A stretch of DNA of 64,000 nt from Eledone cirrhosa (lineage: Eukaryota), in contig CAXHJY010000237.1 of the NCBI GenBank assembly GCA_964016885.1, positions 1 through 64,000 on the forward strand. The letters are read 5' to 3'. The position numbers and the translations under genes were made by a program. Below the pieces are notes generated by a model. The model saw nothing but the letters and a program-made list of their open reading frames with translations, had not been told where the DNA came from and did no database searches. Below, one piece after another: positions 46,226 to 57,742 of the stretch. The first letter of the stretch is position 1. Each line of letters opens with the position of its first letter.

Positions 46226-46924
46226 CACAAAGTCAATAGAACTCTATTTAAAGAATGTTTGTTTTTATTAAAGTACCATACAATTGAAGTGAAGCAAGAA
46301 GATACAAACAATTATGGTCTGAAAAAATTATGGAAAAGTTTAATTTATCGTTTTAGATTGATTTCCTCGGTGAGTATTAAATAAATGAATCAATTTTCAG
46401 AAACATTGAGAAAATGAAATTAAATAACTTTAAGAAATAAAAAAAAAAAAAAAAATATAAAATAGAGGATGAATATCCATGCAAGATAGAAAATAAAAAT
46501 AATAAAATGGTATTGAAAGTTTGGTGTATTGAGGGGGGGGGGGGGCATTAGGAATCATTTATGAGGGAATGAGGGAATCATAAAATGAAATAAACATGTC
46601 AAACAAAACAATCAACCAACCAATCAACCAATCAAACACCACATACAAAACAAAGCAAAGTGACTAACAATAAAAACTACTGCTAAATAGATAGGAATGA
46701 GATGAAATGGTATTTCCTTATTAAATGAAAAAAATCATTGATCTGCTATCGAAGAAATTAATGTTCAATACCAAAGCAATGTTGGATGTGATATTGTGAA
46801 GCGTTTCTTCTGACAGTGAAACAATTGTATGCCAAACCATTTATGAACGGCGAGAGGATTCCACGTGATATCTCTTGAAATGTTCTGTGCTGAAGTACTG
46901 TATCTAAATGGTCAGACATTACAA

Positions 46925-46977
<53 letters not shown>

Positions 46978-47106
46978 TGTATGTATGTGTATTGTGACGC
47001 CAAGAGTTGTCTTACAATAAATAGTAAAGAGCAAAGATTTAATGTTGTATGAATATATATATATATGGAATTCACAAGAATCAAAGCTATGTTCAAAGCA
47101 TTTATT

Positions 47107-47153
47107 CACTTACCATTGTTTCATCCAAACCTAGGCTTGGAGTCTTCGGAGCA
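47107..47153 (-). ncRNA. Minimal type I hammerhead-like motif (left arm)
   Basis: Reverse complement of the motif at 47431-47477. Confidence 0.5.
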
Positions 47154-47430
47154 TTTTTCAATGTTTGTACACATAATTGACTTCCTTTCCAACGCAAGAG
47201 ACTGAGATCTGACTATCAAATGACTATCAAACTATCCTTCTGCATTATCTGTGTTATCTGCCGAATGTATTTTAATTTTGATTTTGATTTTGATCTGGAA
47301 TTTGAATTGCTGTACAAAAATAGTATAGTATAATATATGTCACTCCACTGTACATCAATATATATATATATGTATCTGTATGTCTCTTGCATTAGAAAGG
47401 AGGTCAATTATGTGTACAAACATTGAAAAA

Positions 47431-47477
47431 TGCTCCGAAGACTCCAAGCCTAGGTTTGGATGAAACAATGGTAAGTA
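47431..47477 (+). ncRNA. Minimal type I hammerhead-like motif (variant core CCGAAGA)
   Basis: TGCT-CCGAAGA-C-TCCAAGC(CTAG)GTTTGGA-T-GAAAC(AATG)GTA-AGTA, then AATAAA at 47478. Confidence 0.55.
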
Positions 47478-47720
47478 AATAAATGCTTTGAACATAGCTT
47501 TGATTCTTGTGAATTCTATATAACTGCTCTGTAGAACAACTGATGTTATTACATTGAGCTATTTATCTTACTGGTAATAAGGTAGTAATAAATTACTGAC
47601 CTTCACTGTTTAGGGTTTAAAATATACATAACTATAAAAAGTTTAATATATACATAACCATAAATAGTATCCTTAATATTATATATATGTGTATGAATAT
47701 ATATATATATATATATATAT

Positions 47721-47807
47721 ATAGGAACAAGTAAGACCCCGACGGCTGAGCTCAAGCCGTTTCGACGGCTAATTCTGGACTGGGGGGGGGGTCTTACTTG
47801 TTCCTAT
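47721..47807. repeat. Small fold-back element with 20-bp arms enclosing the 3' half of a hammerhead on the minus strand
   Basis: ATAGGAACAAGTAAGACCCC / GGGGTCTTACTTGTTCCTAT. The minus-strand interior reads GAAAC-GGCT(TGAGCTC)AGCC-GTC. Confidence 0.8.
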
Positions 47808-47884
47808 TACCCACTCTTCTACCCTAAGTATTGAGTACTTTGGTGCGTTATGGTCCACCTGGTTCCTTACCACATTTCCTTCGT

Positions 47885-47939
<55 letters not shown>

Positions 47940-48151
47940 GGGTTCTATCCAATCGATTCACCTACTTATCTTGCAATTCATTAATCTGTACGCCTGTAAA
48001 TCATTTTATCTTCCATTTCATCAATTAAGAAGCACATTCTCATCCACCATCCCTCTTCTTCTCTTACATTCTCTCTCACTCTTTATATATATATATATAT
48101 ATATTATAAATAACAGGAGGCTGGACTGGTGTAATTTCTTAAAGGTTTATT

Positions 48152-48209
48152 ATACTATGAACATTTCAATGCCCGGGTTCAGTATGAATCCGGTGATATC
48201 ATCAGGTAT
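48152..48209 (-). ncRNA. Type I hammerhead-like motif (left arm)
   Basis: Reverse complement of 48381-48438 with one substitution in stem II. Confidence 0.6.
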
Positions 48210-48380
48210 TCGAAAGTTAACAAAGGAATATAATGGACACAATCCATGGGGCTGAAAAGACAGAGAGACAAAAAGGCAGCCGACCGGACTAGAAACTGCT
48301 AAATGTTTGGCCGCTGTCTTGTCTCTCTGCCTTTTCAGCCCCATGGATTGTGTCCATTATATTCCTTTGTTAACTTTCGA

Positions 48381-48438
48381 ATACCTGATGATGTCACCGG
48401 ATTCATACTGAACCCGGGCATTGAAATGTTCATAGTAT
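48381..48438 (+). ncRNA. Type I hammerhead-like ribozyme motif
   Basis: ATAC-CTGATGA-[TGTC..CCGG.TTCA tac TGAA.CCGG..GCA]-TT-GAAAT(GTTC)ATA-GTAT, then AATAAA at 48439. Stem I ATAC/GTAT pairs perfectly. Confidence 0.65.
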
Positions 48439-50201
48439 AATAAACCTTTAGGAATTACACAAGTCTAGCCTCCTGTTATTTTATAATAATTAACTCTGTA
48501 CTCGTACCACGAACACAAACGAAGACGGGTGAGCTGCATTACGTCGAGTGCTCTCCCTAATATTACATCAAGGTTGACTATACGGAATGACCAGCTCTAT
48601 CCAGTGGTGAACCAACAAACCTAAATGAATATATATATATATATTTATTTATTTATACATGCATATATGTATATATATATGTGTATGAATAGATTGGGGG
48701 CGATAGATAGATAGCTATGTATCTCTCTCTCTCTCTATATATATATATAAATACATACATACACACACATATATATATACACACTCACAGGAAAAGTTTG
48801 ACATTTTCAAATTTGCAGCAATTCTCCAACTAATAGATTAAACTCGCCTTGGAATACATAACGTCTAAAAATAATAAACGATACAATTCTATTACTATCA
48901 ATTTTGGGGGAGAATATAGAATATAGAAAATACAGTTTGTGCATAGATTTAATATGTAAAGCCAATCCGACAAAGAAATGAACAGCTTTAAGTCCTTTTA
49001 GGATTCATTTGCGAGGACTATTTATATATAGCTTGCAATACCAAGTGTTCAAAATATATTGAAATAAATATAATGTAGTGACAGTGATTGTAGATATCAG
49101 AAGTATAGCTGGAGGCTCCAATGGAGTGTTCGGGATTCTAAATATAAATTTTCTCTAGAGAGTGTGTGTGTGTTTATATATATATTTACATATATATTAC
49201 ATTATTTATGTTCATACACGGAACAAAAGCGCTACCTAACGTTTCAAGGTCCAAATTTGACCAAACCTCCAGACTGTATGAGGAATTAAAACTGTGGCCT
49301 AATCTCAGGCACTTGTCTAAGCGGGCTGAGAAGAAAAATAATGGAATTGGAAATGTGAAAATGGAAAGAAAATAAAGTAGAAAGTCGGTTAAAGTAGGAA
49401 TAAAAGAAGAATGAAATGAAGGGTCATTAAGAACCTTGAGTAGTTATAGGAATGAAGGAAGAGGTGGGAGGGTATGCAGAATTTTCGCTAAGACAGAATA
49501 ACTAAACGTTGAAGTTAATGAATAGAACTAATGACCAAAAATGTTAATTAACGTATTTCTATTTTATTTTAGATTAAAAATGTTAAAATCACAAAACAAA
49601 ATACCACCCATTTTTTAAATTACATTTTTTTTTTAATTTTTGATTTTTCGATTTTTGTGTAATTACGGGTTGTTTGATTAATTAGATGTTTTCACTTTTT
49701 AAACTCTTAATTTTAGAAAATCCTGAAATCCTTAGATGTGGCAGAACTATTCGATTTCTGGACAAAAGAAAATAACATTTCTTTCTGATATTGTCAGCGT
49801 TTTCGAAGAGTTAAATGCTACAGGACCAAGTCCAAAAATCTCTCTACTTTCATCTATCATCCCTTACTCTAGAGTTGACTATGGCCAAAGATGCGATTAA
49901 CAGTCGTATATTCATTACGTTTATAGTGTCAATATGGTTTCTTTTTCTGCTGCTAAATCAAATAACAATAAACACCACTAGCGGCTTTAAAAATTTGTGA
50001 AATTTTATATATCTGTAGAGGAAGGGATTACATTGTGTGTGTGTATGTATATGTGTATGTATATATATATATATATATTAGAAAGATCGAGTATCGAAAA
50101 ATCGGCGCACGAGTTCACGATAAACAAAATTCGAAATGAGCGGCAGAGGGCTCAATAATTCAGATGAATCAGAGCTAAAACTATCGTTAAAATACCGTCA
50201 C

Positions 50202-50421
50202 ATATAGAACAAGTCTACAATCAACCATACGATAAAAAATCGATAATAGAAGATTCGGGACAAACAGATAAAAAATATCAATAAAACAATACATCAATAA
50301 TTTAAATGAATGTAAAATCAAATTATTGATGTATTGTTTTATTGATATTTTTTATCTGTTTGTCCCGAATCTTCTATTATCGATTTTTTATCGTATGGTT
50401 GATTGTAGACTTGTTCTATAT
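50202..50421. repeat. Perfect inverted repeat, 102-bp arms (50202-50303 and 50320-50421), 16-bp spacer
   Basis: Base-by-base comparison found no mismatch. The right arm merges into (TA)n. Confidence 0.96.
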
Positions 50422-50438
50422 ATATATACACAGATACG

Positions 50439-50482
<44 letters not shown>

Positions 50483-50491
50483 TATACACAC

Positions 50492-50541
<50 letters not shown>

Positions 50542-50643
50542 GTTTTATTGATAGCACACTGTATCTCTCTCTAGTGTGTTACCTTTTCAACATATTGTAT
50601 TTTAAAGAGCTCAGGATTTCCTCTCCTTTGAGCACATTATTTA

Positions 50644-50825
50644 CGGTGGATTGGCAGTATCGGTAGAGGGTCAGACGCCATGCTTTCCAGCATAGTTACA
50701 TCCCTTTACGATCTGAGTTCAAATCCCGCCGAGGTTGACTTTGCCTTTCATCCTTACGGGGTCGATAAAATAAAGTACCAGTAATGCACTGGGTAATTGC
50801 TGGCCTTGTGCCTAAAGTAGAAACA
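50644..50825 (+). mobile_element. SINE family 1 with TSD (young copy)
   Basis: A-box-like TGGCAGTATCGG, B-box GAGTTCAAATC, core GGGGTCGATAAAATAAAGTACCAG. TSD ATTATTTAC. Confidence 0.93.
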
Positions 50826-50920
50826 ATTATTTACAGGGAATGGCGAGAGTCTATGGCTCCGTTAATTTATCGTGATATATATATAAATATATATATATAC
50901 ACATACACACACATATGTAA

Positions 50921-50965
<45 letters not shown>

Positions 50966-51006
50966 TACACACACACATCTATATATATATATATATACAC
51001 ACAAAT

Positions 51007-51041
<35 letters not shown>

Positions 51042-51269
51042 CAGATACACACACACACACACACACATATATACAGATACACACACACATATATATATTT
51101 AAAAAAATCATTTATAAAATTGAATTTATATATGTTGCATATATCTCTGTCAAATGACATTAGTCAAGCATTTCCCATCCCCAAAATATTGATTTCTAAT
51201 ATAGTCTCAAGACAAATAAATTTCGAGGAAGGGCAATGTTGATTAAATTAACCACAGTACTTATTTTAT

Positions 51270-51497
51270 AACACACAGTCCACGCTGTAATGTGGCCATG
51301 TAGGCAACACGGTTGAAACCTCCCAGTCCACACTGTAAACGTGGTTGGTGTTAGGAAGGGCATCTAGCCATAGAAAACCTGCCAGACAGTCCTATACGAG
51401 CAAGACTAACAATCTTGCCTCACGTGGGACAATTCCCGTCTAAACCCATGCTAGCGTGGAAGATAGATGTTAAACGATGATGATGATGATGATGATA
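51270..51497 (+). mobile_element. RTE family B 3'-UTR fragment with (GAT)n tail
   Basis: Close reverse complement of 25496-25712. Confidence 0.9.
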
Positions 51498-52324
51498 TAC
51501 GGGTTTAATGACAATGAAATTACATACGTTGATTCGTTATATAGATCTCTATTAACGAGGGGATGTGAACAATGAAAATATATGTTAATTATTTACATTC
51601 AGTAATATTATTATTATGTGTTTAATAAAATGGGTAGTATGTTTGTTAAAACATAACTGACAGTGCTATTAGTATTTTAGAAATAAAGGTTCTTATACAG
51701 ACGAGGGTATAGCTTGAAATGTCACGATTCTTCTCCAAATTTTACTAACATCGAGGAAAATTAGAGCCAATGCAACAAAACTCCTGATCATGAAGTTATC
51801 ATTCTCATAATGATCGTTATCGTCAGGATAATGGATGCTACCAACAACAACTCCACTATTAATATTCTCCTCATCAATGACTGTAATGTTAGATGTTTTA
51901 CCCAATCAGCTATGTGGGTTCGGCTATTTATTATCATTAGCTTGCGATATATAGTTTCGTCGTCGCTATTGCCATCATCAGAAGCAGCAGCACCACAACC
52001 ATCATCCTCATCACCATCATTAATAGTCTCCTTCTCAACATCATTAAATCTTTGATGTTCTATCATGTCAGCCATGTGGCCTCAGCTATTTATTATCTCG
52101 CCATATTTAGTTATGTTACTTTATTACCTTTTCAATATGAGATCAAATTACATCAGTTCAATAAAATTCCTATCAAGTAGAAGGATTACCTTAATTAGAG
52201 ATACCACCCCTCCCCCACGATACCATAAAGTACTCTCCCTCTCCTCACATGATATCTTCAAGCACCCCTCCCCCACACCCCACCTCCCACAAAAACAATT
52301 GTAGTTATCGGTGCTATTATAATA

Positions 52325-52543
52325 GTTTCTGATTTAGGCACAAGGCCAGCAGGGAGGGGAAAGTCGATTAAATCGACCCCCAGTGCGTGACTGGTACTTT
52401 ATTTTATCGACCTCGTAACGATGAAAGGCAAAGCTAACCTCGGCAGGATTTGCACTGAGAACTCAGAAAGTAAAATACTGTAACTCTATGTCACAAAGTA
52501 GGGTGACCGACGCTCTACCGATTCTGCTGCCAATCCACCGCCT
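52325..52543 (-). mobile_element. SINE family 1 with TSD
   Basis: TSD GGTGCTATTATAATA at 52310 and 52550. Confidence 0.9.
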
Positions 52544-53654
52544 TTATTTGGTGCTATTATAATAAACATCATACTCCTTACAAACACAAAACCACGATCA
52601 TCATCAGCAAAGACTTTCCGAGAATTAATCTCATCAAGGCTCTAATCAAAGAAGATCCACATTTATGTTATCAATATTAATCTAATATCTCCTCACATGT
52701 TTGCACAATCCCGTCATTTACGCCACCTCCAATAAAATATATCCAATGTATCATCCATTAATATTTCGTAATAGCTTTGATTAACACTTTATAACAAATC
52801 TTCACAGAATTCCCCATAATTTTCCACAGTTGTTTCTGTGTATATCATTCAATGTTCTTTACCAATTGTAAACCATGGCCGCCATTTTAAGCACTTAAGG
52901 CAATTCATCATCCAATTTTGCATCACATTCACGTAGCAGTGAAAAATTATTATTGTTAATGCTATGAAAGTTTTTCTGACCTCATCCCATGTTATTTCTC
53001 TAGTTCTCACACCTTCTAGTACTATATATCATTGTTGTCGCAGTCATCGTTATTGTCATCATCATCATACATGTACTGTATATATATATATATTGATATA
53101 TTGTAGTGCCGAAAGCATTGAAACAAAATGGAATTTATGCATTAAACACACACACACACACATCTATATGTATATATTCATTAAAACGGATTTCCCTGAA
53201 TAGGAATTTCTGATTTGCATAAATAACTCTTGGCTAGATGCTGGGGCGATAAATTCATTATTGATGTACTAAGCAGCACATTTTGATTATAGAAATCTAC
53301 TTCAAGTTATACATTATGCAAGCATCATAACTGTATTGCTATCATTGCTACCCATAATAAATACATTAGAAAAATATTTAGAAATATATAGCTTTCTAGC
53401 TGACCGTGGCTCAAAAGGAGACGATTTGTTTGACCAGTTTCTATTCTTGGTAGGATCTTCTTCAGATGTCACACAACCATGCCTTTGTCTATCCATGGAT
53501 AGATGTAGCTTACAGCTACATATATATTCACAACAATTATAGAATTAATCGTCGTAATCATCATCATCGCCACCATATTCTTTTCTTTTTTCCCTTAACA
53601 TGCGATGGAGTCATTGGAGCGCCGTATTGACATACTTTCCAGGACATTATTTAC

Positions 53655-53920
53655 ACTTGGCGGAGCCCATCTCCTCTCCAGACCTGAACACAGCAGTTTT
53701 CTAGGGAAAGATAGAGAATGAGAGTGAGAGAGAATGGAAATAAAAAAGAGATATAGAGGAAGAATCGACCCCAGTACTAGATTGGTACTTTTTTTATCGA
53801 TCTTAAATGGGTGAAAGGCAAAGTTGACCTCGGTGGGATTTGAACTCAGAGAGCAGAGTGCCAGAAAGAACACCATAAAGCCTTCTATCTAACGTTCTAA
53901 CGACTGTCAATTCGCTGCCT
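53655..53920 (-). mobile_element. SINE family 1, long-tail variant
   Basis: GAAAGGCAAAGTTGACCTCGGTGGGATTTGAACTCAGAG plus the shared purine-rich extension. Confidence 0.8.
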
Positions 53921-55162
53921 ACCACCATCATATCTTAATATATGTTTCTAAATTTCTGAGTTTTTTAAATGATACAAGGTCGCTCTACGAATCAACAAAC
54001 ACATAATTGAATGACAATATTTCACTAATAAAATAGCATAACAAATAAGGGGAAAACACAGGCTTAATTATATTTCATACAAACAACCATTCCGTCAAGT
54101 TGACCGAAATAATATACACGAGCCATGTAAAGTGGGCATTCCCTCTGTTCTACTCATTTATGAATAATAAAAGCCAAGTAGTCAATATGGAAGATAAACT
54201 TAGAGAAAATGATAGCTAATAAGCGAAATCTTCTCTAAATCATTAATGAAATCCCTAATTAAATGACGCAGCTGGTATAAAAGGAGAAATAAACGCTAGA
54301 GAAATCAACAGAACAAAAATGAATTATTTAAAATGAAGGACAACATGACAGAGGAGATATTCTTTAAATCACATAGAATCCGTCGTTATGAAAGGAAACA
54401 ACTGATATTTTGTTTGAAAGGAAATACAGAACTCATCAGAGACTGAAAAGAATTTTTCAAAATAAAAGAATTGCCAGTTGTTACAGAAGTAAGATGTGTT
54501 TCATGTTGACTGACAAGGGATATAGACATCAAAATACATCAGTCGACCATAACAAAAGATGTACTCCAAATGATGCAAAGAATTAATACAATTGGTAGAG
54601 ATCTTTACATATGATCTCATACTTCTGGTTTAAATACTTGACACACAAAACCTGCTCAAAGAGTTGTTGATAACATACTGCCAGAGCATTGAAGTACAAT
54701 TAAATTTCACAAGATAAAAATTAATTGCTACGAGGGGTAGAAAACACATCTGACCGAATCAAGTTAAGATAATGTAAATAATAATATAATGAAATTATCA
54801 CTCATCATCTTCTGATCAGAGTTAATTTAGGAAACAAAGGCTTATATGCAGGTAAATAAAATGGATTATTTAGGGTTGAAACAAAGTCATAAGTGAAAAT
54901 TTCCTGGGCAATATGAATCCAAGATAAGAATGAGTTGATCATCATCAGATATATTTTGATAGAGTTACCTATTCCTTGATTCTGGAAAGATTAGACATGC
55001 GTAAAGTAGCATCGATAATCAATGGCTACATTTTAAAAATTGATCGACATAGAGCAATTTGCTTACCGAGTAGGGTGGAACTCGTCAAAGTGGACCAGAG
55101 AAAAATGCTTATATTGGTCTTTTCATTGTTGGTACTATCTAACGGTCGTAACATCTGGCAGA

Positions 55163-55270
55163 AGGAGCAACGTGAAATAAAGTGTCTTTCTCAAGTACAC
55201 AATGTATTGTCCGGTCCGGAAATCAAACTCACGATCGCGAAACCAATTCCTTAACCACTAAACCACCCAC
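55163..55270 (-). mobile_element. SINE family 2 head fragment
   Basis: GGAGCAACGTGAAATAAAGTGTCTT...CCGGTCCGGAAATCAAACTCACG...TTAACCACTAA. Confidence 0.75.
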
Positions 55271-56141
55271 CATCACACAGTTACATAAAACAAATCATTG
55301 GTAAATAGAAAACAGAAGTAGATAGTTATTAAGAGAGAACCAATAAATATCGTTCCATCTCTCCACTATCATTTTGATTGGCGTCAACAAACAAGCTTAA
55401 ATAGACAAGTTTCAGATATGAGTAGTGTGTTTGCAAAAGCATATAGTTAATTTGAAGATGTATTTTGGAATTGGTTAATATTTGATTAGATATGTATTTG
55501 GGATTTGATGAAAGAAATGAACTAGCTGTTAGGTGGATGATAAAATGTATCATGTCATGTATACTTCGTTATGTCTTTTGATTCAAATTCCATCAACTTT
55601 TACATTGTATTCTAATTTTCCGACGTTGATAAAACTATTACCGGCCTACACATATTCTATTATATCAGGGATTCGAGCAAAGTCACAGTAAAATGATTAA
55701 GTAGAGTAAACAAATTAAGAAGCCTGTGATATGCGGTGCACGTATACAGTAGGGAAATTAGTATGAATTGCATTGTGAACAACCAAAAAAGGAAAAAACA
55801 AAGCATCAATGTAACATTAAAAAGACTGACATTGAGTAACACAGTTAATATGTTGGCTAATGAAACATTGATAATAGAATTAGACGAAAGATATATTTCC
55901 ATTTCCTAAGCAACTCCACTGTGATCCATGTAATCTACTATACCTAAACGGAGTACAACCCACACAAAGGAGAGAAAGGTTTAGTATAGAAGCATTAGAT
56001 TAATACTTTGGCCGAACTAAATGCTGAAAATAATATAATAGATATGAATACTCTAGGTATTCCAGTAATAAGTTATATCATAATATTATCCAACTGGAAT
56101 CTAAATGAAATAAGAAGATTAACTAAGAACAGAATGAAAAT

Positions 56142-56315
56142 ATTGTTTTCTAATTTATGCACAAGGCCAGCAATTTCAGGCGAGGTTGAAAGCTTTTATA
56201 TTGACCCCACTGTTTTACTGGTACTTTATTTTATCGACTCCATAGACAAAATTGACCTCGGCATGATTTGAACTCAGAAATGTAAAGATTTGGAACAAAT
56301 ATCACAAAGTATTTT
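56142..56315 (-). mobile_element. SINE family 1, diverged
   Basis: GCACAAGGCCAGCAATTTC...GGTACTTTATTTTATCGAC...GATTTGAACTCAGAA. Confidence 0.8.
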
Positions 56316-56339
56316 CTAATGTCCCAATGTTTCTGTTCA

Positions 56340-56780
56340 TCACCATAAAATGGTCATCTGGTCATCTGGCTTCCTCAGCCTCAGGACAATGGGTCACTAT
56401 ACTCTTCCACTTTTGGAGTTGGGCTTCAAATCAGTTTCTTGCAAGTAGCAGGCCATCTTTTATGGTCGATCTCCAGGTCGTCTTTGCTCTTTTCCCACCT
56501 ATCGGCAACCATGACATTGCAGTTATATTGTCCCTCATTCATAGGCCATACTCTCCCAGCTGCATTATTCTGCTCTTGATGACATGACTCAGGCATGTGG
56601 CATTGCTTATTTGAAGCCCATCTTCGTTTGTGATCTTGTCTTGCCATCTAATGTCCACGGTTTTTTGAAGTCATCTTTGTTGGAAAGTATCAAGCTGTCT
56701 AGGATCTTTCGGAGTCATATTTGTTGGAAAGTATCAAGCTGTTTTTCTGTTCTGGTGGTAACAGATCACGCTAAACACCT
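56340..56780 (-). mobile_element. Old RTE-type LINE 3' remnant
   Basis: Decayed minus-strand translation (KRRW...CHM...GGKRA.RP) resembles the RTE C-terminal 'RRLR.AGHV.R...GKR.RGRP' region. Confidence 0.5.
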
Positions 56781-57664
56781 TTAGAATATTTAGTAAAGAA
56801 CAAAAGAAAACAGATACCTACAAAGATAATAATATAAACAGATAAAAACAGAGGCTATTGTAACAAAACTTTATAAGCAAAATCGAGAAAAAAAATCACA
56901 GAAACTAGGAAAAGAAACTGAGGATTCCATTAGAAAAGAACGAGAGAATGTCGTGCTAAGATATTGGCAAGCAAGCATCTACGTGACCATTATTCAATAG
57001 AACTGAACATAGTTGTGGCATGAACAATATCTAACGTAAGACTCAAAGGACATTTTTAATGTAAATCCTTCCAATCAGAAAATGAATAAGAAAACATATT
57101 AAAGCAAAGAAGAAGAAATTAACTTCAGAATCTGATAAATCAGTAACAATACACATAATCAAAATAGTTTTTGAGTAGGTGGTGAAGCCATTTAAAAATA
57201 TTCTTCAATGTATGTAAAACAAAGATACGCTGATGTGACATTTTCATTCATACGTAAAGTGTACGAGTTGTGGATGCATCAATTGTTTCCTTGTAGGAAT
57301 TTAACAATAGAAAATTAGACTTTGCCATTCTATCTATAAAATATATGGTAACCAAAATGTATTCAGTGTTGTTAGCACAACAGGAATGATATGTATTAAA
57401 AGTTAAGTCTGTGGGAGTTGATAATGTTTCATAATCCCGACTCTCTGTCACCATGGGATGGAAAACGTGAAGAAACCGTTCTTTATATACAAAGATGCAG
57501 CCTTCATTAAACACACTATTACACACACAGACACACACATGCAAACACTCACACATTCTTTTATATATATATACACACACAGACAATTGTGTATATATGC
57601 ATGAATATATACACGTTAAAAGTAAACATCACAAAAATAAATTATATATATACACACACACGCA

Positions 57665-57742
57665 CAGGGTTTCATCCCCCCAAATGTATACATACTGATT
57701 AGAATGTTGTTGAAGTGTGTATACATTTTTTGGGACACCCTC
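57665..57742. mobile_element. Tc1/mariner-type MITE (same family as 7021-7119)
   Basis: CAGGGTTTCATCCCCCAAATGTATAC / GTATACATTTTTTGGGACACCCTC. Shares the internal ATTAGAATGTTGTTGAAG word. Confidence 0.7.

Larger units (their letters stand above)
47062..47522. repeat. Long inverted repeat, arms 47062-47202 and 47382-47522
   Basis: About 141-bp arms with roughly 5 mismatches and a 179-bp spacer. The left arm abuts (TA)n. Confidence 0.95.
48103..48487. repeat. Long inverted repeat, arms 48103-48271 and 48319-48487
   Basis: About 169-bp arms with a handful of mismatches or indels and a 47-bp partly self-pairing spacer. The left arm abuts (TA)n. Confidence 0.96.

Noticed and set aside
50150-50195. 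CAGATGA...AAAAC as a hammerhead beside the perfect palindrome
   Set aside because: Two core positions deviate and stem II does not pair.
54050-54750. A-rich stretch suggestive of a decayed LINE ORF (also 43000-43320)
   Set aside because: I could not identify any diagnostic motif by eye.
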